Positions 41,617 through 50,581 of a stretch of 64,000 nucleotides of DNA are shown here, one piece after another. The notes beneath the pieces were generated by a model. The model saw only the letters and a program-made list of their open reading frames with translations. It was not told the origin of the DNA and did not search any database. The stretch is from an uncultured Holophagales bacterium (GTDB lineage Bacteria > Acidobacteriota > Thermoanaerobaculia > Multivoradales > UBA5704): assembly GCA_963842525.1 (NCBI GenBank), contig CAWJGT010000025.1:96001-160000 (forward strand), given 5' to 3'. A program made the position numbers and the translations under genes. Positions within the stretch are counted from its first letter, which is position 1. Each line of letters begins with the position of its first letter.

Positions 41617-41966
41617 TATCTGGCGCCGAGAACGTTATCCAGCTCAGTGTAAGCGTATCCGACACAGATAAGCATATCCAAGCCGGATAAGCGTATCTGG
41701 CGCGGATAACACTATCCGGCGCGGATAACGCTATCCACGCCAGTGTAAGCTTATCCAGCGCAGATAAGCTTATCTGGCCCAGATAACACTATCTGCCGCA
41801 GATACCGTTATCCAGCACGGATAAGCTTATCCGGCGCAGATAAGCTTATCCAAGCCAGTGTAAGCTTATCTGGCGTGAATAACACTATCTGGCGCAGATA
41901 CCGTTATCTGAGCCAGTGTAAGCTTATCCAGCACAGATAAGCTTACACTGGGCAGATGGCAGTATC
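41617..41966. repeat. Array of 18 palindromic 19/20-bp units
   Basis: Consensus TATCY-N5-RGATA-AGCT. Four units carry an AGTGTA half-site variant (20 bp). Confidence 0.9.
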
Positions 41967-42132
41967 CCCAACCGATGCCTCCATCCCGTGAATACGCGCC
42001 TATGGACGATAGCAGCTCCACCCCGTCAGTTACATGGAACCGCAAGAACGATATGTAGACCCGTCTTCGCTGGGCTGCGTCAGAAGCCGCTTTTCACGCC
42101 TTCAGCCGCGATCCTCTGCGGCCGGCACGTCA

Positions 42133-42200
42133 GTCCTGAACGACGTAGATGGGCCTTCAGCTGCGGCGCCAGCCGTCCGCTGCAAGGCTCGGGCTGGGCG
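42133..42200 (-). other. Degenerate attC-like site
   Basis: GCCTT-G-CAGC...GCTG-AAGGC stem with an extrahelical G, between an eroded GCCCAGC box and a GTT box. Confidence 0.4.
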
Positions 42201-42801
42201 CAGAATTTGGCAGCCAGTTCTGATAGCGTAATAGCTCCATGATTAGACTGTAGATCTCCGGCCGGGCAAAACTCAGCTGCTTACGATACTCAATTGCGAA
42301 CTGCCTCTTCTCCTCCTGTTCACGTGGATCTGGAAGGCCACCTACGCTGATCCCACTTCTAGAAGGCATAGCTGTCAACTCGGCGATGCGCTTACAATAA
42401 AACTGTCCCATCTGAAGGTGGAAGACGAAATCGACCAGCTCTTGTGCTCTTCTTGCTAAGTCATCAATCCGCTCCGTTTCGGCAATATGGGCTAAGAATC
42501 TGAACCGGGAAAATAGAGGCTCGAACTGAGGAGAGAGTATCACCGGGTCTTTGTACTTACGAAAAAGGGCCAGCTTCTCGGGACTCGTTGGAACAGTCGG
42601 ATTGTGGTAATCAGTGAGATGGCAATTAGGACAAATTGGCAAGAGATTATCGAGAGTATTGTTGCTTGGGTCCTCATCGATGTGATGGATTTGCGGCCTA
42701 TCAGCTCCACAGATCGCGCAGCGATGATTGAACTCACGTAACACCGATTCCCTGACGGCCGGTGCAATCGGTATACGTCTTTTCTTTTCTGGCACAGTCA
42801 C
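42157..42801 (-). CDS. HNH endonuclease
   Basis: RCAICG..QIHHIDEDPSNN..NLLPICPNCH; low GC; GAGGAG RBS. Confidence 0.85.
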   Translation of the reverse strand: MTVPEKKRRIPIAPAVRESVLREFNHRCAICGADRPQIHHIDEDPSNNTLDNLLPICPNCHLTDYHNPTVPTSPEKLALFRKYKDPVILSPQFEPLFSRFRFLAHIAETERIDDLARRAQELVDFVFHLQMGQFYCKRIAELTAMPSRSGISVGGLPDPREQEEKRQFAIEYRKQLSFARPEIYSLIMELLRYQNWLPNSAPSPSLAADGWRRS

Positions 42802-42821
42802 GGCTTGAACGCTCCTCTTAT

Positions 42822-42893
42822 GCCGCCAACGTTGCCGGCGATGAGTGACGGCTTGCCGTCCGCTCGACCGCCTGGCACACCGGAGTAGTTATC
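42822..42893 (-). other. Degenerate attC-like site
   Basis: GATAAC just after the upstream gene's stop, an internal hairpin (GGCGGT..GACGGC-AA-GCCGTC..ATCGCC), then GTTGGCG before the next RBS. Confidence 0.45.
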
Positions 42894-42900
42894 AAGACGG

Positions 42901-43203
42901 CTACTCCATGACGATCTGAATCACCAATAGAATCGTGTACACAAAAAAGACAGCAGCCGCAAGCAGCTTCACGGCCGCGCTGGTTGACGTTATGTTCGGT
43001 CCCTTAGCGGCAAGCAGGCCAAACAGAATTGCAATCGTTAAGTGCTTTGATACTCTAACCCAACTTTCTCCCTCTGAGAATGCTAGAAAGGCAAAAAATA
43101 GGGACGCCATCGAAACAAGAATAAAAGCAATACGAAGGCCGCCCCACCCTGGCCGAGAGCGCCTTTCCTTATCCTGGCCTTCTACTATCCACCAAGGGCT
43201 CAC
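42901..43203 (-). CDS. Small three-TM membrane protein
   Basis: Three hydrophobic segments; low GC. Confidence 0.55.
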   Translation of the reverse strand: MSPWWIVEGQDKERRSRPGWGGLRIAFILVSMASLFFAFLAFSEGESWVRVSKHLTIAILFGLLAAKGPNITSTSAAVKLLAAAVFFVYTILLVIQIVME

Positions 43204-43246
43204 CGCGTTTTATCCTTTGAGGGCGCTTCCAATCACCAAGTCCTGC

Positions 43247-43340
43247 TGAACCGTGTTCTCCCGCGAAGCGACGGCGGCCACGAAACGTGCCGACTACCGC
43301 GACGCCCCGCCGCCGTTCGCTGCAGCGCATAGTTAAGGCG
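43247..43340 (-). other. Degenerate attC-like site
   Basis: CCTTAAC contains the upstream gene's stop, followed by TATGCGCTGCAGCGAACGGCGGC...GCCGCCGTCGCT and a GTT. Confidence 0.5.
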
Positions 43341-43899
43341 TTTTCGGTTCATTGGATTTGTTGGGTGGTTGGGTAACCTTCTTTTGAGGTTGGACCTGCT
43401 TGACCTCGTCGCGAAAAATCGAAGGTTGAATCTTCTTGAGCTCGTAGTGAAAGACGCTATTGTCTTGAAAACCTGGGAATTCGCCAAAGGTTTTCGGCGG
43501 CTCTACGGCGCTGGCTTGGATCCCGACCAAGGTCAGTGTCCCATCCTCAATCTTGAAGATGGCGAAGACCACTTTACCGATGTCATCGCACGGTTGCGGA
43601 CAATCTTTGATTGTGGCGTGTAGCTGCTGTGGGTATGTGCCTGCAGGCAGTGTAAATGTCGTCTCAAACCAAAAGTTCGTGTCTCGGCTAAAGTGGAGTG
43701 AATTGCCGGTGATCGTCACGGTGATTTTGCCGTCCGACTCATTACCCACCATGACTCCCTCCCATGTTCCTTGGAGAGGTTGTAGTTCTGCAGCGATTGG
43801 TTGGTTGGTCGGGCCAGCGGCTTGCGCGCAAATAACCCCACAAGGCATGAGGATGGAAAGCATCGTGACGGCGAGTGTCATTTTGATGGTCATTCTCAT
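43333..43899 (-). CDS. Secreted TIGR03067-like beta protein
   Basis: Signal peptide, ELQPLQGTWEG, AIFKIEDGTLTL. Confidence 0.6.
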   Translation of the reverse strand: MRMTIKMTLAVTMLSILMPCGVICAQAAGPTNQPIAAELQPLQGTWEGVMVGNESDGKITVTITGNSLHFSRDTNFWFETTFTLPAGTYPQQLHATIKDCPQPCDDIGKVVFAIFKIEDGTLTLVGIQASAVEPPKTFGEFPGFQDNSVFHYELKKIQPSIFRDEVKQVQPQKKVTQPPNKSNEPKTP

Positions 43900-44099
43900 C
43901 GGACTCTCTTTTTTCGGTTGCTGTCGGATAAAGGATTCGTGCAGAAAGCTGCGGCGGGAAATCACGCATGAAGGTGTCCTGGAAGGAGGCTCAAGCCCTG
44001 GCAAGTCAATGGCGGCGGAAGAGTGGTCCCGGTTGTTGAAAAAGAGCCTCGGCGGCGAAGCCCGGCCGCTGCAAGCCTCGGATTCTCGCCAGTGTGTAA

Positions 44100-44312
44100 T
44101 CATGCCGACAGCGGAGTCAGTCGGTACACGCGCCCAATCTTGCTTGCTTCTCTGACATCGCCGTGGCGAAGGGCTTCACGGGCAGCGTCGAGCTTCTCAG
44201 CATCCTCAAGTGACAAATACGGGGACCACTCTTCCTCTGCCTCGATGAGATCGACCTCAACCTCCGCAGCGTACTCTCCTTCATGAACGAACTTCCTGTG
44301 ACGCCTGCTCAT
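44100..44312 (-). CDS. Small acidic protein, putative antitoxin partner of the DUF4258 gene
   Basis: KFVHEGEYAAEVEVDLIE..WSPYLSLEDAEKLD; ATGA overlap with the upstream gene. Confidence 0.65.
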   Translation of the reverse strand: MSRRHRKFVHEGEYAAEVEVDLIEAEEEWSPYLSLEDAEKLDAAREALRHGDVREASKIGRVYRLTPLSA

Positions 44313-44635
44313 TGCCTTCTCCTACGTTTGTAGTCGTCGGTCCATTTCTCACGCTTTGGCCTATACGCCGTCACCACTACGGCTGGGGATGATTTGCCGC
44401 TCGGGATACCCCACACAACATGAATCGGCGTGCCGCCTTGATCCCTCTGCAACACCAGAACGCAAGGGCCTTTCCGATAGTCTGGGTAGTCTTCAATCAC
44501 CTCACCCTCGTGGACACCAGCGACAACATCACGGACGAGAATGCCATCGGCTGCGAGTTCGTCGTAGCCATGCTCCGAGACCCGCACATCACGGCTCGCA
44601 ACCAAGATGACGATCTGTTCAAAAGTTCGGCTCAT
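44309..44635 (-). CDS. DUF4258-domain protein (putative toxin)
   Basis: SEHGYDEL, EVIEDYPD, PIHVVWG, VVVTAYRP..W. Confidence 0.78.
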   Translation of the reverse strand: MSRTFEQIVILVASRDVRVSEHGYDELAADGILVRDVVAGVHEGEVIEDYPDYRKGPCVLVLQRDQGGTPIHVVWGIPSGKSSPAVVVTAYRPKREKWTDDYKRRRRQ

Positions 44636-44894
44636 GGAATGGTTTGGTCATTTGCGCTGCCGGGGTGCCTTTGGCGTAGAGACCTCTGCCTCACATATTC
44701 GCCGATACACTGCCCGCGGGCATATACGAAACAAGCTGCGGGTTGACTCCATGGCCGGTTGTAGGGTGTCGAGCGTACAAGATGCTTATCCTCTTCGACT
44801 TAGCGGCACTCTACGCCTCTTCCTAACCTGCGTCAAGAGCGCCGAGGCACCTTGAGAAGGAGTTTGGCAGCCTTGGTGCCGCGAAAGTCGCAAC

Positions 44895-45040
44895 TAGTAG
44901 GGGCGGCAGCAAGCCTGTGCCCTGCCGATCTGCTGCCGCCCCTCTGGGGCTTTGGGAACATTTTTCATTTCCAGACCCGGGGCCGCCGCTCCTTCGTCGC
45001 TCTGGCCCCGGGCTACACGCCGTGGACCCCTCCGGGGCCT
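44895..45040. repeat. REP-like palindromic element
   Basis: AGGGGCGGCAGCA/TGCTGCCGCCCCT arms, GCCCCTCTGGGGC, and CCCGGGGCC..GGCCCCGGGCTAC. Confidence 0.65.
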
Positions 45041-45092
45041 TTCCCGCTGTACCCGCTGCCGTGGGTTGATCGATAAGTTAACGCCCGTGGGG

Positions 45093-45839
45093 TCAGGGGA
45101 TGAGGGCTCGGGCACGGATCGCGCGCAGCCACATCACCCGGATGAACGAGCTTCCTGGGTAGATGACGCGCCAGTAGGGCGCGAAGCGCCGGCCGGCCCT
45201 GGCGTCCGTTGCATAGACCCGGGTCTCGGTGGTCACGCGGGTCCAGCCGCCCCCTTCGTCCTCGATCCGGAAATTCATTGCGGCCTTGGCGTAGCCGGGC
45301 TGCTCGAGCGCGGCGAATTCGGCCGGGGTGAGCCGCGGCCTGCCTCCCGGAGCGACGACGATCGTGCCGACGACGAGCTCCCGGTTGGGCTCCTCAGCGA
45401 GCTCCAGGAAGGTCGTGGAAGTCGCGACCTCAAGGATCGGCAGCTTCTCCGGAGCATTGAGGATGGATATGTCGCCCCGGCGCGGCGCGCGGAGCCAGGT
45501 GAGGGTCCGGAAGAGCCAGATCTCCTCGGCCGTGACGTTCTTGATCGCATCCCAGACCTTGTCCGGCGGGGCCTGGACCCGGATCTCATGGAATTCCGCG
45601 AACTGCCAGGCCGGCACGAAATTGTCTATGAGCGCCTCCCGGCGCGCGGCCCGGCGCAGCGAGGCCGGCAGCGACATCCCGGCGACAATGGAGGCCAGAC
45701 CGAGCCCGAGCACGGCGGCGCCACGCCAGCGGCTTCGGATCCCCAGGAACCGGAGCGGTTTGATCAGCGAGACCGTTCCAAGAAAGGAGGCCGCGATCCC
45801 CGCGTCGATCAGGAGGACGCCGAGGATCTCCATGGTCAC
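45093..45839 (-). CDS. Hypothetical membrane-anchored SRPBCC-like protein
   Basis: Two TM helices, then EFHEIRVQAPPDKVW...TETRV...FAPYWRVI. Confidence 0.6.
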   Translation of the reverse strand: MTMEILGVLLIDAGIAASFLGTVSLIKPLRFLGIRSRWRGAAVLGLGLASIVAGMSLPASLRRAARREALIDNFVPAWQFAEFHEIRVQAPPDKVWDAIKNVTAEEIWLFRTLTWLRAPRRGDISILNAPEKLPILEVATSTTFLELAEEPNRELVVGTIVVAPGGRPRLTPAEFAALEQPGYAKAAMNFRIEDEGGGWTRVTTETRVYATDARAGRRFAPYWRVIYPGSSFIRVMWLRAIRARALIP

Positions 45840-46282
45840 TCCTCTCCGATGTCTTCGTTCCAGATCTCGGGATGCGCGGCGATCCAGTCACCGAGGAGCT
45901 TGATGCACTCCTCGGACTGCAGGTCGATCACCTCGACGCCGTTTGCCCGCAGCCAGTCGACGCCGCCTTGAAAGTTGACGGACTCGCCGACGACCACGGT
46001 GCCGATCTGGAACTGGCGCACCAGGCCGCTGCAATACCAGCACGGCGCCAGGGTGGTGACCATGATCTTGTCGCGGTAGCTGCGCTGCCGGCCGGCTTTC
46101 CGAAAGGCGTCGGTTTCGCCGTGGACCGAAGGGTCGCCTTCCTGCACCCGCCTGTTGTGGCCGCGCCCGAGCAGGAGGCCCGTGCGGTCGAACAGCGCGG
46201 CGCCGATCGGAACACCCCCTTCGGCCAGACCCTGGCGGGCTTCCTCCAGGGCAACCTGCAACATCGCTTCGTAGTCGGTCAT
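45836..46282 (-). CDS. Cytosine/nucleoside deaminase
   Basis: GVPIGA, HGE and PCWYC zinc motifs. Confidence 0.9.
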   Translation of the reverse strand: MTDYEAMLQVALEEARQGLAEGGVPIGAALFDRTGLLLGRGHNRRVQEGDPSVHGETDAFRKAGRQRSYRDKIMVTTLAPCWYCSGLVRQFQIGTVVVGESVNFQGGVDWLRANGVEVIDLQSEECIKLLGDWIAAHPEIWNEDIGEE

Positions 46283-46339
46283 GGCGGAACGCTATACCAC
46301 TTCGCGCCGCGATATGTCCCCCGCGATAGAGTACGGACC

Positions 46340-47599
46340 ATGCTCCGGGCCCGCGCCTTCACCCTGCTCTGTCCCCTCCTGATCGCGCTCCTGCTCCCCC
46401 CGGCCAGCTTCGCCCAGGATGAGACTGGAAGCGCGACCTTCGATCCGATCTTCGTCGGCTATGAGACCGAGCCGGGGATGGACTTCGGCGGGCGCACCGT
46501 GGCCTCGCTGCACAGCGTTGTGAGCCGGGCCTTCGGGTCGATCCCGGGCCTCAAACGCCACCCGGGGGTGGCTCCGGCCTATGAGTTCCCGGTCGCCGCG
46601 GCCCTCCTGCTGGTCCAGCACGAAGTGGGCGGGCACGGCGGCCGGGGGCGGGAATTCGGGCTCGGGCCCAGCTATGTCTTCAACTACGACTTCTCCGGCG
46701 GCACCTCGGTGGACAGGGCCCCGCGGACCAACGAAGAGAACATGCTCCTCGCGGCCGGCGGCGCCGAGGCGGACGGGGTGCTTGCCCACCGGATCCTGCT
46801 CGACGCGCTCCGGCCGGACGGGGTCGACGGCGCCAAGATCCCCCTGGCCCTGATGACCAAGCTCGACCTGACGGCCTACATTCTGGAGACGGCGAAGCCG
46901 GACGACGAAGGAGAGGACGGCTTCGTCGACCAGTACCAGAAGGGGAACGATGTCGCCTTTTATCTCGTGGCGCGCCAGGCCCAGCGGCGCGGGACTGCCC
47001 CGGAGGACGTCTGGAACGGCGTCTATGCCGTCGACCTTTCGGAGCACCTGCTCCACGACATGTCGGATGACCTGCGGACCGCCGCGATCTGGAATGCCCT
47101 GGACCCGTCCCTGATCTCCGCCGTCTACGCCTACTTCCGCGACCACGTGATCGGCGGCCGGACCCGGGTCCATCCGCCGGTCCTGAGGCTCGGCGACGGC
47201 CTCGGCCTGACCCTCGGCACCCGCGCCGCCCTGGGTCCCCAGGAGGTCTCGCGTTTCCTCGACCTCCACGCCGCCACCCGCTGGGGGGTGCTGACCTTAT
47301 ATATAAGGGACCTCGACTCCTCGGTCGACCGGACCTACGGCTTCGGCGCCGCGATTCACGGTCTCAGGCTCGGCGAGCGGCTGGATCTCGCCGTCCAGGC
47401 GGACACCTGGGACGAGCCCGTGTCCCGGGAGGCTCTCTACGAAGGGACCGGCTGGAACGTGAACGCCGAAATCGACGCCCGTCTCGGCCCGCGCTGGGGC
47501 CTGGCCGCCAAGGTCGGCTCCAAGTCCGACGGCTTCTTCCCCGGCCGGCCCCGCGACGAAGGGGTCTACGCGGGGTTCGGCGTCACGGCTTTGTGGTGA
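46340..47599 (+). CDS. Secreted hypothetical protein, possible outer-membrane protein
   Basis: Signal peptide, an HEVGGH motif, and a beta-strand C-terminus ending in W. Confidence 0.6.
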   Translation: MLRARAFTLLCPLLIALLLPPASFAQDETGSATFDPIFVGYETEPGMDFGGRTVASLHSVVSRAFGSIPGLKRHPGVAPAYEFPVAAALLLVQHEVGGHGGRGREFGLGPSYVFNYDFSGGTSVDRAPRTNEENMLLAAGGAEADGVLAHRILLDALRPDGVDGAKIPLALMTKLDLTAYILETAKPDDEGEDGFVDQYQKGNDVAFYLVARQAQRRGTAPEDVWNGVYAVDLSEHLLHDMSDDLRTAAIWNALDPSLISAVYAYFRDHVIGGRTRVHPPVLRLGDGLGLTLGTRAALGPQEVSRFLDLHAATRWGVLTLYIRDLDSSVDRTYGFGAAIHGLRLGERLDLAVQADTWDEPVSREALYEGTGWNVNAEIDARLGPRWGLAAKVGSKSDGFFPGRPRDEGVYAGFGVTALW

Positions 47600-48719
47600 G
47601 GGCTTCGAAGGGGTCTTCGATCCCCTTCTTCTCGCGCACCCGATCGCGCAGCTCGCGCAGGAACGGCGAGGCCATGTAGAAGCGGCCTCGCTTTTCGCCT
47701 TTCGACATGAGCAGTCCCTGGTCGACGAGGGTCTTGAGGTCGCGACCCGCAACCTGGTCCGACACATCCGCCGCCGACCGGTAGATGGAATTCCGGATGC
47801 GGTGGCCCAGCGCCCCATCGGCCAAGGCCGGGATCATTCTCTCGGGCAACCCCCGCCTCGCCACCTCCTGCTCGAGAAGGCTCCAAAGCCGTTCGAGCTC
47901 GCGGCTCCTCCGCAAGAGGGTCCCCGCCTGACGGTAGTGGGCCGTCAGGCAGAAGCGGATCCAGGGGCGCGCATCCCGTTCCGGCTGCCAGGAGCCTCCT
48001 CCCACGGCAGCGAGGATCTCGTAGTAGGCCTGTGTGTTGTGTCCGAGGTACTCCTCGATGCTGGCGAATTGCGGAGCCAGGGTCCCGCTACGGGCCAGGA
48101 CCAGGCTCTGGAGGCCGCGCGCCATGCGGCCGTTGCCGTCCGAGAAGGGATGGATCATGACCAGGTTGAGATGCGCCAGGGCCGCCCGGACCAGGTCGGG
48201 CTGCGTGTCGCGCGCGTTCAGCGACTCGACGAGCTCCTCCATCAGCGTGGGGACCACCCGCGCGTCCGGCCCCTCGTAGACCACCTCATCTCGATCCTGG
48301 TCGTGCACCAGGATCGGCCCCGGTCTCCAGCGGCCGGGGTGTTTCGTGAGCCGGTGCTGCAGCATCATGAAATGCAGGCTGCGGATCAGGTCCGTCGAGT
48401 AGCGGAAGTGCGGATCGTCCGCCAGTTGCAGGACGTAGGTCATGGCCGTGCGGTAGCCGAGGATCTCCTGCCACACCTCCTCGCTGGCCTCCAGCGGCTC
48501 CTCGCCTTCCGCCGCGGCGATCGCATCGTCCAAGGTGACGTTGTACCCCTCGATGCTGTTCGACCCGCGGATCACCCGGGCGAACGAGCTCCGCCGCAGG
48601 AGGCCGGACCACCTCCGGGGTCCGGTGGTCACGGCATAGCGAAGCGTCCGCTTCAGCTCTTCGATCTGATCGAGGGCCTCTTTTTCCTGGGGCTGGAGGG
48701 GAGGAATTCGGAAAAGCAT
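47583..48719 (-). CDS. Fic-family protein with C-terminal wHTH
   Basis: GSNSIEG, HPFSDGNGRMAR, AGRDLKTLVDQGLL. Confidence 0.9.
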   Translation of the reverse strand: MLFRIPPLQPQEKEALDQIEELKRTLRYAVTTGPRRWSGLLRRSSFARVIRGSNSIEGYNVTLDDAIAAAEGEEPLEASEEVWQEILGYRTAMTYVLQLADDPHFRYSTDLIRSLHFMMLQHRLTKHPGRWRPGPILVHDQDRDEVVYEGPDARVVPTLMEELVESLNARDTQPDLVRAALAHLNLVMIHPFSDGNGRMARGLQSLVLARSGTLAPQFASIEEYLGHNTQAYYEILAAVGGGSWQPERDARPWIRFCLTAHYRQAGTLLRRSRELERLWSLLEQEVARRGLPERMIPALADGALGHRIRNSIYRSAADVSDQVAGRDLKTLVDQGLLMSKGEKRGRFYMASPFLRELRDRVREKKGIEDPFEALTTKP

Positions 48720-48861
48720 GATGGATATACGGTTAGTTAACCACTGGATGATAGATAACAACCGCCTGGAGGTCAATAGGAATACGTATAACCGTTCGAG
48801 AGATTCTGCTGGGATGGCCGTGCTACGATCCGGCCGTACGTTCCTCTTCCAAGGAATCGCC

Positions 48862-49260
48862 ATGGCACCGAAAGCCCTGTCCGCCCTCTGTGCCCTGCTG
48901 TGCGCCGCGCCGCTTTTCGCGGCTCCTGACCCCGTCACCGTCCTCCGCTGCGGCCGGCTGCTCAATCCGGTCGACGGCTCGATGGCGGGTAACACCATGG
49001 TCCTCATGCGCGGCGACCGGGTCGAACGGGTGGGGCCCGGCGCTTCGGTGCCGGCGGGGGCGCAGGTGGTCGACCTGTCGGCCTACACCTGCCTGCCGGG
49101 GCTGATCGACAGCCACACGCACGTCCTGCTCCAGCCCGAGGACGAGCGTGGCGCGCCGCCGGTGGTCACAAAGTCGCAGGCATTCCGGACCATTCAGGGA
49201 GTGGCGGCGGCGAAGAAGGATCTGGAAGCCGGGTTCACCACCATGCGCGATGTGGACAGA
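48862..49260 (+). pseudogene. 3'-truncated secreted amidohydrolase
   Basis: Signal peptide, LPGLIDSHTH and AGFTTMRD. Similarity stops abruptly at the end of the convergent gene. Confidence 0.7.
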
Positions 49261-49273
49261 GACCTCCCGCCCC

Positions 49274-50527
49274 CTAACTCATCTTGCGCACGAAGGCGGA
49301 GCGCTGGCGCAGCTCGTCGTCGGTGTCGAGGCTGAAGCTGCGGCCGTGGCCGAGGTCGTCGGTAATGAAGCCGGCGAGATCCTCGGCGGCGGACCGGATG
49401 CGGTTTTCGGTGTCCGTCGACACCGTGTCGAAAAAGCCGGTCGCGACCTCGCGGGCGTCGGGGTCGTACTCCCAGAAGCCGACGATCCGGCCGTCGGCGA
49501 CGATGGACCGCATCTGCATGTGGCGCGACTCGCCGAGGGTCGAGTCCTTGGACGACCCCCAGCTCGGCACCCGGGTGTCGTGATAGGCCGGGTCCACCAG
49601 GAGGCTTGCGCCGCCGTGCAGGGCCGTGATGTTGTCCTCGAACGGCAGGAGGGCCACCGCCTTGGCGGCCTCCTCGGCGATCTCGGGCAGGTCGCGCAGC
49701 TCTTCGAGGATCCAGTGCATGTCGCCGACCTCCTCGATGGCGACCGGCCGGAGCGGCAGCCGTTCCATGGCTTCCTTGGCGTCGCGCTGTGCGATCCCGG
49801 CCCAGGCCGCGAAGTCCTTCTGGGTGCCGAGGCCTGCGGTCCGGAAGAAGATCTCGGCCAGGCGGGTGTAGAGGTCGATCGGGTCGTCGGGCAGGTCGGC
49901 CTCCTCGAAGGGACTCTCCGCGAGGGGGCGCCAGAGATAGCGTTCGCTGTCGAGCCGCCTGCCTTCGAGCACGCGCTCGATCCGGCCGTCGAATTCGAGC
50001 AGCCGCAGGGCCGGCGGCAAAGGCGAGGAGATTCCGACCTTCTTGCCGGCCTCGCCGAGGCTGCGGACGACGCCGTCGGGAAGGGCCTTGCGCAGGGCGT
50101 CCGTGGTGAGGGAGCCGCGCTCTTCGAGCACCTGGAAAGCCGCCTCGGCGACCTCTTCGACCTCGCCGGGCCGGATGCCGGCCTTCTCGTGGTCGCGCTC
50201 CGACCGCGAGCGGGAGAGGAGCTCCGCGACGCGTAGCGCGAGGGGGACATCCCGCCGCGGCACCAGGTAGATGCAGCCGCGCACCGACGGGACCACCTGG
50301 GCTGCCTGCTCCGCCACCGCTGTATCGAGGTCCTCGCGCCGCAGGCCGGGCCGGCGTGCCCGCACGGCGATATAGACGTCCACTCCGCCCAGGGTGCGTA
50401 CGAAGCCTGTGTCCTCCAGGAGCCGGGCCGGCGGCCTGCCGCCGCGCGCGGGCAGTCCCTGCGCGGCGAGAAAGATCTTCCGGGCACGATCGAGCGGGAG
50501 TCGCAGGTCGGGTTTCGGCGCGGCCAT
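49274..50527 (-). CDS. HTH_42/AlkZ-like winged-helix protein (putative DNA glycosylase family)
   Basis: VRGCIYLVP, DFAAWAGI, VALLPFEDN, IVADGRIVGFWE. Confidence 0.65.
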   Translation of the reverse strand: MAAPKPDLRLPLDRARKIFLAAQGLPARGGRPPARLLEDTGFVRTLGGVDVYIAVRARRPGLRREDLDTAVAEQAAQVVPSVRGCIYLVPRRDVPLALRVAELLSRSRSERDHEKAGIRPGEVEEVAEAAFQVLEERGSLTTDALRKALPDGVVRSLGEAGKKVGISSPLPPALRLLEFDGRIERVLEGRRLDSERYLWRPLAESPFEEADLPDDPIDLYTRLAEIFFRTAGLGTQKDFAAWAGIAQRDAKEAMERLPLRPVAIEEVGDMHWILEELRDLPEIAEEAAKAVALLPFEDNITALHGGASLLVDPAYHDTRVPSWGSSKDSTLGESRHMQMRSIVADGRIVGFWEYDPDAREVATGFFDTVSTDTENRIRSAAEDLAGFITDDLGHGRSFSLDTDDELRQRSAFVRKMS

Positions 50528-50581
50528 CGGGGGCTCCTTTTGGCGAGTGCTCGAAGGCTATCACGTTAGAATGCCGCTCCC

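Noticed and set aside
41617-41966. CRISPR array or oriC DnaA-box cluster
   Set aside because: The variable parts are only 4-5 nt and there are no cas genes. TTATCC is not followed by ACA, and dnaA is absent from the window.
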